Assembly (NCBI RefSeq): GCF_051903065.1
Contig: NZ_CP178438.1
Direction: 5' to 3' (one strand)
Origin: Escherichia coli
GTDB lineage: Bacteria > Pseudomonadota > Gammaproteobacteria > Enterobacterales > Enterobacteriaceae
Length of the DNA: 64,000 nt
Shown here one piece after another: positions 11,266-23,102 of this stretch. Under the pieces are notes generated by a model. It saw only the letters and a program-made list of their open reading frames with translations, did no database searches and had not been told where the DNA came from. A program made the position numbers and the translations under genes. Numbering within the stretch: the first letter of the stretch is position 1; each line of letters starts with the position of its first letter.

Positions 11266-12456
11266 TTACATGACGCGACAGGCAAACCCTTTCAGATATA
11301 GCCCTTCCGGGTAGGTAGCGATCACCGGATGATCGGCCGCCTGACGGAACTGCTCTATAAATTGTACATCACGACCGGCATCAATTGCGGCATCCGCGAT
11401 GATTTTCTGAAATAAATCGCTGGTCATCAGACCGGAACAGGAGAAAGTCAGGAGAATACCGCCTTCATTCAGCAACTGAATCGCCAGCATGTTGATGTCT
11501 TTATAGCCACGACACGCGCCCATCAACTGGCTTTTATTCTCAACAAACTTCGGCGGGTCCATCACGATAACGTCAAATTTTTCACCGCGATCGCGATAAG
11601 TACGTAGCAATTTAAAGACATCATCACGGACAAACTCAGCCTTGCTCAGATCCAGTTTGTTCAGCTCAACGTTCTGCCGTGCAATATCCAGCGCTTCCTG
11701 GGAGGTATCAACGCTGACAACCTGGCTGCAACCGCCCATCAGTGCCGATACGGCGAAACCACCGGTATAGGAGAAACAGTTCAGTACGCGTTTATTTTCA
11801 ACGTAGCGGCGGGTAGCCAGGCGACTGTCACGCTGGTCCAGGTAGTAGCCCGTTTTGTGTCCGTGCTGAATATCTACCAGCAGTTTCATGCCGTGTTCTT
11901 CAATCGGCAACAGGGCAGGCGGCAACTCGCCGGTGACGGGGCCCTGGGTCAGCTCCATTCCTTCTTTTTTACGTACCGCGACGTCGCTGCGATCGTAAAT
12001 CGCACATTCCGGGTACAGCGTTTGCAGGGCACTAATTAATGCCGCGCGCTGATATTCTGCGCCAGCACTCAGCAGTTGCAGCACCAGAAAATTACCGAAA
12101 CGATCGATAGTAATACCCGGCAGGCCATCAGATTCACCGGCGATTAAACGATAGCTGTCGAGGCCATCTTTTTGCGCCAGCCAGTCACGCCATTTTTGTG
12201 CTTGTTGCAAACGGCGGGAAAAAAAAGCAATGTCGATAGACTCAGACGGGTCAAACGTCCAGACGCGCGCCCGGATTTGCGAAGCTGGCGAATAAGCGCC
12301 GCGTGCTAACCATTTTCCCTGATGATCAACAATATCGATGGTTTCACCGAGGCTGGCTTTACCTTCCATGCGGGCAACGGCCCCGGAAAAGACCCACGGA
12401 TGGCGACGAAGTAATGATTTTTCGCGCCCTTTGGCTAACACTAAACGTACACTCAT
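11266..12456 (-). CDS. rlmI: 23S rRNA m5C1962 methyltransferase
   Basis: 396-aa ORF with PUA-like N-terminus and SAM-dependent methyltransferase core (DPPKF motif). Confidence 0.9.
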   Translation of the reverse strand: MSVRLVLAKGREKSLLRRHPWVFSGAVARMEGKASLGETIDIVDHQGKWLARGAYSPASQIRARVWTFDPSESIDIAFFSRRLQQAQKWRDWLAQKDGLDSYRLIAGESDGLPGITIDRFGNFLVLQLLSAGAEYQRAALISALQTLYPECAIYDRSDVAVRKKEGMELTQGPVTGELPPALLPIEEHGMKLLVDIQHGHKTGYYLDQRDSRLATRRYVENKRVLNCFSYTGGFAVSALMGGCSQVVSVDTSQEALDIARQNVELNKLDLSKAEFVRDDVFKLLRTYRDRGEKFDVIVMDPPKFVENKSQLMGACRGYKDINMLAIQLLNEGGILLTFSCSGLMTSDLFQKIIADAAIDAGRDVQFIEQFRQAADHPVIATYPEGLYLKGFACRVM

Positions 12457-12550
12457 AATTTACTTTTCTGTCGATGCAAAGAAATGGGCGTCATTGTCCG
12501 GAGTTTTCCATGGATTTGCAACGCGTCCATTAAGGATAAGGAGAGCAGCA

Positions 12551-12829
12551 ATGTCGAAAGTCTGCATAATTGCCTGGGTTTACGGGCGAGTTCAGGGCGT
12601 AGGATTTCGCTATACCACGCAGTACGAAGCGAAAAAACTCGGGTTAAGCGGGTACGCCAAAAATCTTGACGATGGCAGCGTGGAAGTGGTTGCCTGCGGT
12701 GAAGAAGGGCAGGTAGAAAAATTAATGCAGTGGTTAAAGAGTGGCGGCCCGCGTTCTGCGCGTGTAGAACGGGTGCTCAGCGAGCCGCATCATCCCTCGG
12801 GTGAATTAACCGATTTTCGTATCCGTTAA
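12551..12829 (+). CDS. acyP: Acylphosphatase
   Basis: 92-aa [49 protein letters not shown]... (acylphosphatase signature VxGxVQGVxFR); ATG at 12551. Confidence 0.9.
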
Positions 12830-13155
12830 ATACACTTTACCGGTTTTGGCAGGCCAGCAATTTTGGTGGCTTGCTTAGCCGGACCTTTCGGAAACAGTCG
12901 GTATAAATAGCGGCTGTTACCTTTTTCTTCGCCAAATTTATTCGCCATCGCTTTTACCAGCATACGAATCGCCGGAGAAGTATTGAATTCCAGATAGAAA
13001 TCACGCACAAAACGCACCACTTCCCAGTGTTCTGGCGACAGCGAAATCCCTTCGTTCTCTGCAATCACCACTGCCAGCGGCTCACTCCACTGGCTGCTTT
13101 CTTTGAGATAGCCTTCGGTATCCGTTTCTATCTCTTTACCTTCGAAGATCAGCAT
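12826..13155 (-). CDS. tusE: Sulfur-relay protein TusE (DsrC-like)
   Basis: [26 protein letters not shown]...GLPKPVKCI with C-terminal Cys; start trimmed to ATG 13155. Confidence 0.9.
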
Positions 13156-13245
13156 AATTATTACTACCTTAATCAGACTGCCGGCAGTGTAACAAAAAAC
13201 AAAGCCCCGCATAAAGCGAGGCTATGAAAGTGTTAGCGGGTGAGA

Positions 13246-13905
13246 TTAATCGCGGCTGGCGAAGCCCAGAATGCTCAGCAGGCTGACGAAGATGTTGTAC
13301 AGCGAAACATACAGGCTAACCGTGGCACGAATATAGTTCGTTTCACCGCCATGAATGATGTTGCTGGTTTCAAACAAAATAGCGCCAGAGGAGATCAAAA
13401 TGAAGACCGCGCTGATCGCCAGATGCAGGGCAGGCAGTTGCAGGAAGATATTAGCAACCATACCAATCAGCACCACCACAATACCCGCCATCAGCATACC
13501 GCCGAGGAACGACATATCTTTGCGGGTGGTCAGCACATATGCAGAGCAGCAGAAGAACACTAACGCCGTTCCGCCCAGTGCCATAGCGATTACGTCACCC
13601 ATTCCGGCAGACAGATAGGTGTTCAGAATTGGTCCGAGGATATAACCCAGAAAACCGGTAAAGGCGAATGCGGAGATAATCCCGGTCGGCTTATTCGCCG
13701 TTTTATAGGTCAGGAACATCAAACCATACATACCCACCAGCGTCAGAATCAGACCCGGAGATGGCAGCATCAGCACCGTACTGGCAGTTGCGGTAATCGC
13801 CGAAAAGGCCAGCGTCAGGCTCAGCAGAAAATAGGTATTACGCAGCACCTTATGGGTGCTAAGCAGTGATGTACGGTCATGTGAAGAACTAACAATACGA
13901 TCCAT
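13246..13905 (-). CDS. yccA: Bax-inhibitor-1 family inner-membrane protein, modulator of FtsH
   Basis: 219-aa seven-[44 protein letters not shown]... Confidence 0.93.
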   Translation of the reverse strand: MDRIVSSSHDRTSLLSTHKVLRNTYFLLSLTLAFSAITATASTVLMLPSPGLILTLVGMYGLMFLTYKTANKPTGIISAFAFTGFLGYILGPILNTYLSAGMGDVIAMALGGTALVFFCCSAYVLTTRKDMSFLGGMLMAGIVVVLIGMVANIFLQLPALHLAISAVFILISSGAILFETSNIIHGGETNYIRATVSLYVSLYNIFVSLLSILGFASRD

Positions 13906-14082
13906 TGAGTCACTCTCTATGACAGATGTAATTAATTAAGCAGCATAATGATAATGCGTAAGGGCACCCAGAAGTTTTACCCATCTTTACGCATTTGATC
14001 TGGAACAGGTTTAACAGCGGATTATCAGGTCATTAAGCAAATATAACGCCCTGAGAATTTCGACAGGCAAAAGAAAAAGGGG

Positions 14083-14107
14083 TTAGCATTTAGCTAACCC
14101 CTTATCT
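14083..14107 (-). terminator. Rho-independent terminator of serT
   Basis: On the minus strand GGGGTTAGC-TAAATG-CTAACCCC followed by a T-run, immediately 3' of the tRNA. Confidence 0.8.
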
Positions 14108-14111
14108 TATC

Positions 14112-14199
14112 TGGCGGAAGCGCAGAGATTCGAACTCTGGAACCCTTTCGGGTCGCCGGTTTTCAAGACCGGTGCCTTCAACCGCTCGGCCACACTTCC
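14112..14199 (-). tRNA. serT: tRNA-Ser (anticodon UGA), 88 nt with long variable arm and CCA end
   Basis: Reverse complement GGAAGTGTGGCCGAGCGGTTGAAGGCACCGGTCTTGAAAACCGGCGACCCGAAAGGGTTCCAGAGTTCGAATCTCTGCGCTTCCGCCA folds as a class II tRNA. Confidence 0.95.
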
Positions 14200-14624
14200 G
14201 GAATGACGCGCACTATAAACATCCCGATGCGGCGTGTAAACCCCTAATTTGTTTGTTTGCCTGAAAAACAGCCAAATGTGCATTGATAGCGTGAAATAAC
14301 AGCAGGTTGATCATTTAATCACCATGAATTCCTTCTCTTTTACTCGTTTAGCAACCGGCTAAACATCCCCACCGCTCTGCCAAAGAAAAATAGGTCCATT
14401 TTTATCGCTAAAAGATAAATCCACACAGTTTGTATTGTTTTGTGCAAAAGTTTCACTACGCTTTATTAACATTACTTTCTGGCGACGTGCGCCAGTGCAG
14501 AAGGATGAGCTTTCGTTTTCAGCATCTCACGTGAAGCGATGGTTTGCCTTGCTACAGGGACGTCGCTTGCCGACCATAAGCGCCCGGTGTCCTGCCGGTG
14601 TCGCAAGGAGGAGAGACGTGCGAT

Positions 14625-15743
14625 ATGAATAACGAGGAAACATTTTACCAGGCCATGCGGCGTCAGGGCGTTACCCGGCGCAGCTTTCTCAAATATTGTA
14701 GTCTGGCTGCCACGTCGCTGGGATTAGGCGCGGGAATGGCACCAAAGATTGCCTGGGCGCTGGAGAACAAACCCCGCATTCCAGTGGTATGGATCCACGG
14801 TCTGGAATGCACCTGCTGTACCGAATCTTTTATCCGCTCCGCTCACCCGCTGGCAAAGGACGTCATCCTTTCCCTGATTTCCCTCGATTACGACGATACT
14901 TTGATGGCTGCCGCCGGAACCCAGGCGGAAGAAGTCTTTGAAGACATCATCACGCAATACAATGGCAAATATATCCTCGCAGTAGAAGGTAATCCGCCGC
15001 TGGGCGAGCAGGGGATGTTCTGTATCAGCAGCGGTCGACCGTTTATTGAGAAACTCAAACGTGCCGCTGCCGGAGCCAGCGCGATTATCGCCTGGGGAAC
15101 CTGCGCGTCCTGGGGCTGCGTGCAGGCCGCGCGACCTAATCCGACACAGGCAACGCCTATCGACAAAGTCATCACCGACAAACCCATTATCAAAGTACCT
15201 GGCTGCCCGCCGATCCCGGATGTGATGAGCGCCATCATTACTTACATGGTGACCTTTGATCGCTTGCCAGATGTCGACAGAATGGGTCGTCCACTGATGT
15301 TTTATGGTCAGCGTATCCACGATAAATGCTATCGCCGCGCTCACTTCGACGCCGGAGAGTTCGTCCAGAGTTGGGATGATGACGCTGCCCGCAAAGGTTA
15401 CTGCCTGTACAAAATGGGCTGCAAAGGGCCTACCACCTATAACGCCTGTTCCTCCACACGCTGGAATGATGGCGTTTCTTTCCCAATCCAGTCTGGTCAC
15501 GGCTGCCTGGGCTGTGCGGAAAATGGTTTCTGGGATCGCGGTTCGTTCTACAGCCGCGTGGTCGATATTCCACAAATGGGTACTCATTCCACCGCCGATA
15601 CCGTCGGTTTAACCGCGCTTGGCGTGGTGGCAGCGGCTGTTGGTGTGCACGCAGTCGCCAGCGCCGTTGACCAGCGCAGACGTCATAACCAGCAACCTAC
15701 AGAAACCGAACATCAGCCAGGCAATGAGGATAAACAGGCATGA
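14625..15743 (+). CDS. hyaA: Hydrogenase 1 small subunit (Tat signal RRxFLK)
   Basis: [32 protein letters not shown]... with Fe-S cysteine clusters; AAGGAGGAG RBS before ATG 14625. Confidence 0.95.
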   Translation: MNNEETFYQAMRRQGVTRRSFLKYCSLAATSLGLGAGMAPKIAWALENKPRIPVVWIHGLECTCCTESFIRSAHPLAKDVILSLISLDYDDTLMAAAGTQAEEVFEDIITQYNGKYILAVEGNPPLGEQGMFCISSGRPFIEKLKRAAAGASAIIAWGTCASWGCVQAARPNPTQATPIDKVITDKPIIKVPGCPPIPDVMSAIITYMVTFDRLPDVDRMGRPLMFYGQRIHDKCYRRAHFDAGEFVQSWDDDAARKGYCLYKMGCKGPTTYNACSSTRWNDGVSFPIQSGHGCLGCAENGFWDRGSFYSRVVDIPQMGTHSTADTVGLTALGVVAAAVGVHAVASAVDQRRRHNQQPTETEHQPGNEDKQA

Positions 15744-17533
15744 GCACTCAGTACGAAACTCAGGGATACACCATCAATAATGCCGGACGCCGCCTGGTGG
15801 TCGACCCGATTACGCGCATTGAAGGCCACATGCGCTGCGAAGTGAATATTAACGATCAGAATGTGATCACCAATGCCGTCTCCTGCGGCACCATGTTTCG
15901 CGGGCTGGAGATCATCCTGCAAGGGCGCGACCCGCGCGATGCGTGGGCGTTCGTTGAACGTATCTGCGGCGTCTGTACTGGCGTACACGCCCTGGCTTCG
16001 GTTTACGCCATCGAAGATGCAATCGGTATTAAAGTGCCGGACAACGCCAATATCATCCGCAACATTATGCTGGCAACGCTCTGGTGCCACGATCATCTGG
16101 TGCACTTCTATCAGCTCGCCGGGATGGACTGGATCGATGTGTTAGATGCGCTGAAAGCCGACCCGCGGAAAACCTCCGAACTGGCGCAAAGTCTCTCCTC
16201 TTGGCCGAAATCATCCCCTGGCTATTTCTTCGACGTACAAAATCGCCTGAAGAAATTCGTTGAAGGCGGGCAGTTGGGGATCTTCCGCAATGGCTACTGG
16301 GGGCACCCGCAATACAAACTGCCGCCAGAAGCTAACCTGATGGGCTTTGCCCACTATCTCGAAGCTCTCGATTTCCAGCGTGAAATTGTCAAAATCCACG
16401 CGGTCTTTGGCGGTAAAAACCCGCATCCAAACTGGATTGTCGGCGGGATGCCTTGCGCCATTAACATTGACGAAAGCGGCGCGGTCGGGGCGGTCAATAT
16501 GGAACGCCTGAACCTGGTGCAGTCGATTATCACCCGCACGGCAGACTTCATTAACAACGTGATGATCCCCGACGCCTTAGCCATCGGTCAGTTCAACAAA
16601 CCGTGGAGCGAAATCGGCACGGGTCTTTCTGATAAATGTGTCCTCAGCTACGGCGCATTCCCGGATATTGCCAACGACTTTGGTGAGAAAAGTCTGCTGA
16701 TGCCTGGCGGCGCGGTGATTAACGGCGACTTCAACAATGTGCTGCCAGTGGATTTGATTGATCCGCAGCAGGTGCAGGAGTTTGTCGATCACGCCTGGTA
16801 TCGTTATCCCAACGATCAGGTCGGGCGTCATCCATTCGATGGCATTACCGACCCGTGGTACAACCCCGGCGATGTCAAAGGCAGCGATACCAACATTCAG
16901 CAGCTGAATGAACAGGAACGCTACTCGTGGATCAAAGCGCCGCGCTGGCGCGGTAACGCGATGGAAGTGGGGCCGCTGGCACGCACGTTAATCGCTTATC
17001 ACAAAGGCGATGCTGCGACCGTTGAGTCGGTCGATCGCATGATGTCGGCGCTGAACCTGCCGCTTTCCGGTATCCAGTCAACGTTGGGCCGCATTTTGTG
17101 CCGCGCGCACGAAGCACAGTGGGCCGCAGGTAAGTTGCAATATTTCTTCAACAAGCTGATGACTAACCTGAAAAACGGCAATCTTGCCACCGCCTCCACG
17201 GAAAAATGGGAACCCACAACCTGGCCGACAGAGTGCCGTGGCGTCGGCTTTACCGAAGCGCCGCGCGGGGCGTTAGGCCACTGGGCCGCCATTCGCGATG
17301 GCAAGATTGATCTCTACCAGTGCGTGGTGCCGACCACCTGGAACGCCAGCCCGCGCGATCCCAAAGGGCAGATTGGCGCTTATGAAGCGGCGCTGATGAA
17401 TACCAAAATGGCGATCCCCGAGCAACCGCTGGAGATCCTTCGTACTCTGCACAGCTTTGATCCGTGCCTCGCCTGTTCAACACACGTGCTGGGCGACGAC
17501 GGTAGCGAGCTGATCTCCGTGCAGGTGCGTTAA
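15740..17533 (+). CDS. hyaB: Hydrogenase 1 large [NiFe] subunit
   Basis: 597-aa ORF with N-terminal RICGVC and C-terminal DPCLACSTH Ni-binding motifs; ATGA overlap with hyaA. Confidence 0.97.
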   Translation: MSTQYETQGYTINNAGRRLVVDPITRIEGHMRCEVNINDQNVITNAVSCGTMFRGLEIILQGRDPRDAWAFVERICGVCTGVHALASVYAIEDAIGIKVPDNANIIRNIMLATLWCHDHLVHFYQLAGMDWIDVLDALKADPRKTSELAQSLSSWPKSSPGYFFDVQNRLKKFVEGGQLGIFRNGYWGHPQYKLPPEANLMGFAHYLEALDFQREIVKIHAVFGGKNPHPNWIVGGMPCAINIDESGAVGAVNMERLNLVQSIITRTADFINNVMIPDALAIGQFNKPWSEIGTGLSDKCVLSYGAFPDIANDFGEKSLLMPGGAVINGDFNNVLPVDLIDPQQVQEFVDHAWYRYPNDQVGRHPFDGITDPWYNPGDVKGSDTNIQQLNEQERYSWIKAPRWRGNAMEVGPLARTLIAYHKGDAATVESVDRMMSALNLPLSGIQSTLGRILCRAHEAQWAAGKLQYFFNKLMTNLKNGNLATASTEKWEPTTWPTECRGVGFTEAPRGALGHWAAIRDGKIDLYQCVVPTTWNASPRDPKGQIGAYEAALMNTKMAIPEQPLEILRTLHSFDPCLACSTHVLGDDGSELISVQVR

Positions 17534-17551
17534 CAGCGAAGGAGAATCATC

Positions 17552-18259
17552 ATGCAACAGAAAAGCGACAACGTTGTCAGCCACTATGTCTTTGAAGCGC
17601 CAGTCCGCATCTGGCACTGGCTGACGGTGTTATGCATGGCGGTATTGATGGTCACCGGATACTTTATCGGCAAGCCGCTACCTTCCGTCAGCGGCGAGGC
17701 GACGTATCTGTTCTATATGGGCTACATCAGGTTAATTCACTTCAGCGCCGGGATGGTTTTTACCGTGGTCTTGCTGATGCGGATCTACTGGGCTTTTGTT
17801 GGCAATCGATACTCCCGCGAGCTGTTTATCGTGCCGGTATGGCGTAAAAGCTGGTGGCAGGGCGTGTGGTATGAAATCCGCTGGTATCTGTTTCTGGCAA
17901 AACGTCCGAGTGCCGATATAGGCCATAACCCCATCGCCCAGGCGGCGATGTTCGGCTATTTCCTGATGTCGGTCTTTATGATCATCACCGGCTTTGCGCT
18001 GTACAGCGAACACAGCCAGTACGCTATTTTTGCGCCGTTCCGTTATGTGGTGGAATTTTTCTACTGGACGGGAGGCAACTCAATGGACATTCACAGCTGG
18101 CATCGGCTGGGGATGTGGCTGATTGGCGCGTTTGTGATCGGTCATGTCTATATGGCGCTGCGTGAAGACATCATGTCCGACGACACGGTGATCTCCACCA
18201 TGGTCAACGGCTACCGTAGCCACAAATTTGGCAAAATAAGTAACAAGGAGCGTTCATGA
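17552..18259 (+). CDS. hyaC: Hydrogenase 1 cytochrome b subunit
   Basis: 235-aa membrane ORF, conserved operon position. Confidence 0.95.
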   Translation: MQQKSDNVVSHYVFEAPVRIWHWLTVLCMAVLMVTGYFIGKPLPSVSGEATYLFYMGYIRLIHFSAGMVFTVVLLMRIYWAFVGNRYSRELFIVPVWRKSWWQGVWYEIRWYLFLAKRPSADIGHNPIAQAAMFGYFLMSVFMIITGFALYSEHSQYAIFAPFRYVVEFFYWTGGNSMDIHSWHRLGMWLIGAFVIGHVYMALREDIMSDDTVISTMVNGYRSHKFGKISNKERS

Positions 18260-18843
18260 GCGAGCAACGCGTGGTGGTAATGGGGCTGGGCAACCTGCTG
18301 TGGGCCGATGAAGGTTTCGGCGTGCGGGTGGCGGAACGGTTGTATGCCCATTACCACTGGCCCGAGTATGTGGAGATTGTCGATGGCGGTACTCAGGGAC
18401 TGAACTTGCTGGGGTATGTCGAAAGCGCCAGCCATCTGTTGATTCTCGATGCCATTGACTACGGGCTGGAACCTGGAACGCTGCGAACCTATGCCGGAGA
18501 ACGTATTCCGGCTTATCTCAGCGCGAAGAAAATGAGCCTGCACCAGAACAGTTTCTCCGAAGTGCTGGCGCTGGCAGATATCCGCGGACATCTGCCAGCA
18601 CATATTGCCCTCGTCGGTCTGCAACCCGCAATGCTCGACGACTACGGCGGCAGCCTGAGCGAACTGGCACGGGAGCAACTGCCCGCAGCGGAACAGGCGG
18701 CGCTGGCGCAGCTGGCTGCATGGGGAATTGTGCCGCAACCGGCTAATGAATCGCGCTGTCTCAATTATGACTGTCTGTCGATGGAAAATTACGAAGGCGT
18801 TCGCTTGCGCCAGTACAGGATGACACTGGAGGAGCAGGGATGA
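18256..18843 (+). CDS. hyaD: Hydrogenase 1 maturation endopeptidase
   Basis: 195-aa [32 protein letters not shown]... (HybD/HyaD protease family); ATGA overlap. Confidence 0.95.
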   Translation: MSEQRVVVMGLGNLLWADEGFGVRVAERLYAHYHWPEYVEIVDGGTQGLNLLGYVESASHLLILDAIDYGLEPGTLRTYAGERIPAYLSAKKMSLHQNSFSEVLALADIRGHLPAHIALVGLQPAMLDDYGGSLSELAREQLPAAEQAALAQLAAWGIVPQPANESRCLNYDCLSMENYEGVRLRQYRMTLEEQG

Positions 18844-19238
18844 GCAACGACACGCCATTTGATGCGTTGTGGCAACGAATGCTGGCGCGCGGCTGGACGC
18901 CGGTCAGTGAATCCCGTCTTGACGACTGGCTTACGCAAGCGCCAGACGGCGTGGTGTTATTAAGCAGTGACCCGAAACGCACGCCAGAGGTCAGCGATAA
19001 TCCGGTAATGATTGGCGAATTACTGCGCGAGTTTCCCGACTATACATGGCAGGTGGCGATTGCTGACCTTGAGCAGAGCGAAGCCATCGGCGATCGCTTT
19101 GGCGTCTTTCGCTTTCCCGCCACTTTAGTGTTTACCGGCGGAAACTATCGCGGCGTGCTGAATGGTATTCACCCGTGGGCGGAACTGATAAACCTGATGC
19201 GTGGGCTTGTCGAACCACAACAGGAGCGTGCCTCATGA
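18840..19238 (+). CDS. hyaE: Hydrogenase 1 operon chaperone-like protein HyaE
   Basis: 132-aa ORF, overlapping start/stop with neighbours. Confidence 0.93.
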   Translation: MSNDTPFDALWQRMLARGWTPVSESRLDDWLTQAPDGVVLLSSDPKRTPEVSDNPVMIGELLREFPDYTWQVAIADLEQSEAIGDRFGVFRFPATLVFTGGNYRGVLNGIHPWAELINLMRGLVEPQQERAS

Positions 19239-20092
19239 GCGAAACTTTTTTCCATCTGCTGGGGCCAGGAACGCAACCGAACGATGACAGTTTCAGCATG
19301 AATCCACTGCCGATCACCTGTCAGGTGAATGATGAACCGAGTATGGCGGCCCTGGAGCAATGTGCTCACAGCCCGCAGGTGATTGCGCTGTTAAACGAGT
19401 TACAACATCAACTAAGTCAACGCCAGCCGCCGTTGGGCGAGGTGCTGGCAGTCGATCTGTTAAATCTCAACGCCGACGATCGTCACTTTATCAATACGCT
19501 TCTCGGGGAAGGGGAAGTGTCAGTGCGCATTCAGCAGGCTGACGACAGCGAAAGTGAAATACAGGAGGCGATCTTCTGCGGATTATGGCGGGTGCGCAGA
19601 CGTCGCGGCGAAAAGTTGCTGGAGGACAAACTGGAGGCCGGCTGCGCGCCGCTGGCGTTGTGGCAGGCGGCCACGCAAAATCTCTTGCCGACAGATTCGC
19701 TGTTACCGCCGCCCATTGATGGCCTGATGAATGGCCTACCGTTGGCGCATGAGTTACTGGCGCATGTACGTAACCCCGACGCGCAGCCGCACAGCATTAA
19801 TCTGACGCAATTACCCATCAGCGAGGCTGATCGGCTTTTTCTCTCACGTCTCTGTGGGCCGGGAAATATTCAGATTCGTACCATTGGCTATGGCGAGAGC
19901 TATATCAACGCCACGGGGTTACGCCATGTCTGGCATTTACGCTGTACGGACACCTTAAAAGGCCCTTTACTGGAAAGTTATGAAATCTGCCCAATACCGG
20001 AAGTGGTGCTGGCAGCGCCAGAAGATTTGGTCGACTCTGCGCAGCGGCTTAGCGAGGTATGTCAGTGGCTGGCGGAAGCTGCACCGACGTAA
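19235..20092 (+). CDS. hyaF: Hydrogenase 1 operon protein HyaF
   Basis: [23 protein letters not shown]...; start trimmed to ATG 19235 overlapping hyaE stop (285 aa). Confidence 0.93.
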   Translation: MSETFFHLLGPGTQPNDDSFSMNPLPITCQVNDEPSMAALEQCAHSPQVIALLNELQHQLSQRQPPLGEVLAVDLLNLNADDRHFINTLLGEGEVSVRIQQADDSESEIQEAIFCGLWRVRRRRGEKLLEDKLEAGCAPLALWQAATQNLLPTDSLLPPPIDGLMNGLPLAHELLAHVRNPDAQPHSINLTQLPISEADRLFLSRLCGPGNIQIRTIGYGESYINATGLRHVWHLRCTDTLKGPLLESYEICPIPEVVLAAPEDLVDSAQRLSEVCQWLAEAAPT

Positions 20093-20225
20093 AAAGACGG
20101 TAAGTATCGCTTTCAGTCTTATGAATATCGCAATCGGCGAATACCTCTGGTCGTAGAGTTTCAGGATAAAGAGGGAGATCTACCATTATCGGGTTATTTT
20201 TCTCTCTTCGCCTACAGGAGTGCGC

Positions 20226-21770
20226 ATGTGGGATGTCATTGATTTATCGCGCTGGCAGTTTGCTCTGACCGCGCTGTATCACTTTTTATTTGTACCCCTT
20301 ACCCTGGGGCTGATTTTTTTGCTGGCTATCATGGAAACCATTTACGTGGTCACCGGCAAAACAATCTACCGCGATATGACGCGCTTCTGGGGTAAGCTCT
20401 TCGGTATCAACTTTGCTCTTGGCGTGGCTACCGGCCTGACCATGGAGTTTCAGTTTGGTACTAACTGGTCATTTTATTCCAACTATGTGGGCGATATTTT
20501 TGGCGCACCGCTGGCGATGGAAGCATTAATGGCCTTCTTCCTCGAATCCACCTTTGTCGGGCTGTTCTTCTTCGGCTGGCAGCGGCTGAATAAATACCAG
20601 CACCTGCTGGTGACGTGGCTGGTGGCGTTCGGTTCAAATCTCTCTGCATTGTGGATATTGAATGCCAACGGTTGGATGCAATACCCGACCGGTGCGCATT
20701 TTGATATCGACACCCTGCGTATGGAGATGACCAGCTTCAGCGAGCTGGTCTTTAACCCGGTCAGCCAGGTGAAATTTGTGCACACCGTAATGGCGGGCTA
20801 CGTAACCGGGGCCATGTTTATTATGGCGATCAGCGCCTGGTATTTACTGCGCGGACGGGAGCGCGATGTCGCATTACGCTCGTTTGCCATCGGTTCCGTC
20901 TTCGGTACTCTGGCGATTATTGGCACGCTGCAACTCGGAGACAGTTCTGCGTATGAAGTCGCGCAAGTACAACCGGTAAAACTGGCGGCGATGGAAGGGG
21001 AGTGGCAAACGGAACCTGCACCTGCACCGTTCCATGTGGTTGCCTGGCCGGAACAGGATCAAGAGCGTAACGCCTTTGCCATCAAAATTCCCGCGCTGCT
21101 AGGGATCCTCGCCACTCACTCATTAGATAAACCCGTGCCGGGTCTGAAGAATTTGATGGCTGAAACCTACCCACGCTTGCAACGCGGACGTATGGCCTGG
21201 CTGTTAATGCAGGAAATATCGCAAGGCAATCGTGAGCCGCATGTGTTGCAGGCATTCCGGGAGTTGGAAGGCGACCTGGGCTACGGCATGTTGCTCTCCC
21301 GCTATGCGCCGGATATGAATCATGTCACAGCCGCACAGTACCAGGCGGCGATGCGTGGTGCAATACCTCAGGTTGCACCGGTATTCTGGAGTTTCCGCAT
21401 CATGGTGGGCTGTGGTTCCCTGCTGCTACTGGTGATGCTGATTGCGCTTGTCCAGACGCTGCGTGGCAAAATCGACCAGCATCGCTGGGTGCTGAAAATG
21501 GCGCTCTGGAGTTTGCCGCTGCCGTGGATTGCGATTGAAGCCGGGTGGTTTATGACCGAGTTTGGTCGTCAGCCGTGGGCGATACAGGACATCTTACCGA
21601 CATACTCCGCGCACTCCGCCTTAACCACAGGACAACTGGCTTTCTCACTGATCATGATCGTAGGGCTTTACACCCTGTTCTTAATCGCCGAAGTCTACCT
21701 GATGCAGAAATATGCCCGTCTGGGGCCGAGCGCGATGCAGAGTGAACAACCGACGCAGCAACAGGGGTAA
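20226..21770 (+). CDS. appC: Cytochrome bd-II ubiquinol oxidase subunit I
   Basis: [33 protein letters not shown]... (CydA family, 514 aa). Confidence 0.96.
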   Translation: MWDVIDLSRWQFALTALYHFLFVPLTLGLIFLLAIMETIYVVTGKTIYRDMTRFWGKLFGINFALGVATGLTMEFQFGTNWSFYSNYVGDIFGAPLAMEALMAFFLESTFVGLFFFGWQRLNKYQHLLVTWLVAFGSNLSALWILNANGWMQYPTGAHFDIDTLRMEMTSFSELVFNPVSQVKFVHTVMAGYVTGAMFIMAISAWYLLRGRERDVALRSFAIGSVFGTLAIIGTLQLGDSSAYEVAQVQPVKLAAMEGEWQTEPAPAPFHVVAWPEQDQERNAFAIKIPALLGILATHSLDKPVPGLKNLMAETYPRLQRGRMAWLLMQEISQGNREPHVLQAFRELEGDLGYGMLLSRYAPDMNHVTAAQYQAAMRGAIPQVAPVFWSFRIMVGCGSLLLLVMLIALVQTLRGKIDQHRWVLKMALWSLPLPWIAIEAGWFMTEFGRQPWAIQDILPTYSAHSALTTGQLAFSLIMIVGLYTLFLIAEVYLMQKYARLGPSAMQSEQPTQQQG

Positions 21771-21781
21771 AGGAGAAAATC

Positions 21782-22918
21782 ATGTTTGATTATGAAACAT
21801 TGCGCTTCATCTGGTGGCTGCTGATTGGCGTGATCCTGGTGGTCTTTATGATCTCCGACGGATTTGACATGGGGATTGGCTGTTTGCTGCCGCTGGTGGC
21901 GCGTGATGATGATGAACGCCGGATAGTGATTAATAGCGTTGGTGCGCACTGGGAAGGCAATCAGGTCTGGTTGATCCTCGCAGGTGGGGCATTATTTGCC
22001 GCCTGGCCCAGAGTGTATGCAGCGGCGTTTTCCGGCTTTTATGTGGCTATGATCCTGGTGCTGTGCTCGCTGTTCTTCCGCCCGCTGGCCTTTGATTATC
22101 GCGGAAAAATCGCCGATGCACGCTGGCGTAAAATGTGGGATGCCGGTCTGGTCATCGGCAGTCTGGTGCCGCCGGTAGTCTTCGGTATCGCCTTCGGCAA
22201 CTTGTTGCTCGGCGTGCCGTTTGCCTTCACACCGCAATTACGCGTGGAGTATCTCGGCAGCTTCTGGCAACTGCTGACGCCATTCCCTTTATTGTGCGGA
22301 TTGCTCAGCCTTGGGATGGTGATTTTGCAAGGTGGCGTCTGGTTACAACTGAAAACTGTTGGTGTGATTCATCTGCGTTCACAGCTGGCGACTAAACGCG
22401 CTGCACTGTTGGTGATGCTGTGCTTTTTGCTGGCGGGTTACTGGCTGTGGGTCGGTATTGATGGCTTTGTACTGCTCGCCCAGGATGCTAACGGTCCTTC
22501 CAATCCGTTAATGAAACTGGTGGCAGTGCTACCTGGTGCCTGGATGAATAATTTTGTCGAGTCGCCCGTTTTGTGGATCTTCCCGCTGCTGGGGTTCTTC
22601 TGCCCATTGCTGACGGTGATGGCGATTTATCGTGGTCGCCCGGGTTGGGGATTTTTGATGGCATCATTGATGCAATTTGGCGTGATTTTCACGGCAGGCA
22701 TCACGCTGTTCCCCTTTGTCATGCCGTCAAGCGTGAGTCCAATCTCCAGCCTGACGTTGTGGGACAGCACTTCCAGTCAGCTGACGCTGAGTATTATGTT
22801 GGTAATCGTGCTGATATTTTTGCCCATTGTGTTGCTCTACACTCTCTGGAGCTACTACAAAATGTGGGGGCGCATGACGACAGAAACTCTCCGCCGTAAC
22901 GAAAACGAGCTGTACTAA
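21782..22918 (+). CDS. appB: Cytochrome bd-II ubiquinol oxidase subunit II
   Basis: 378-aa CydB-family membrane ORF. Confidence 0.96.
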   Translation: MFDYETLRFIWWLLIGVILVVFMISDGFDMGIGCLLPLVARDDDERRIVINSVGAHWEGNQVWLILAGGALFAAWPRVYAAAFSGFYVAMILVLCSLFFRPLAFDYRGKIADARWRKMWDAGLVIGSLVPPVVFGIAFGNLLLGVPFAFTPQLRVEYLGSFWQLLTPFPLLCGLLSLGMVILQGGVWLQLKTVGVIHLRSQLATKRAALLVMLCFLLAGYWLWVGIDGFVLLAQDANGPSNPLMKLVAVLPGAWMNNFVESPVLWIFPLLGFFCPLLTVMAIYRGRPGWGFLMASLMQFGVIFTAGITLFPFVMPSSVSPISSLTLWDSTSSQLTLSIMLVIVLIFLPIVLLYTLWSYYKMWGRMTTETLRRNENELY

Positions 22919-22930
22919 GGAGCAGGAACA

Positions 22931-23023
22931 ATGTGGTATTTACTTTGGTTCGTCGGCATTTTGTTGATGTGTTCGCTCTCCACCCTTGTGTTGGTATGGC
23001 TGGACCCGCGATTGAAAAGTTAA
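22931..23023 (+). CDS. appX: Small single-TM subunit of cytochrome bd-II (CydX paralog)
   Basis: 30-codon ORF MWYLLWFVGILLMCSLSTLVLVWLDPRLKS directly after appB; too short for the ORF track. Confidence 0.8.
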   Translation: MWYLLWFVGILLMCSLSTLVLVWLDPRLKS

Positions 23024-23031
23024 CGAACGTA

Positions 23032-23063
23032 AGTCTGATGCGGCGCATTAGCGTCGTATCAGA
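23032..23063. repeat. REP/palindromic-unit-like hairpin between appX and appA
   Basis: GTCTGATGCGGCGC-ATTA-GCGTCGTATCAGAC imperfect palindrome. Confidence 0.5.
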
Positions 23064-23102
23064 CAATCAATAATGTCGGATTTGAAAAGCGGAAACATAT
23101 CG

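Noticed and set aside
13906-14624. Possible genomic island at tRNA-Ser (serT)
   Set aside because: tRNA genes are frequent integration sites, but serT is flanked directly by yccA and hyaA with no integrase, direct repeat of the tRNA 3' end, or foreign genes.
14724-15587. 287-aa ORF antisense to hyaA, and 215-aa ORF 18211-18858 antisense to hyaD
   Set aside because: Same situation: shadow ORFs inside the hydrogenase 1 operon with arginine- and alanine-rich low-complexity translations typical of antisense frames.
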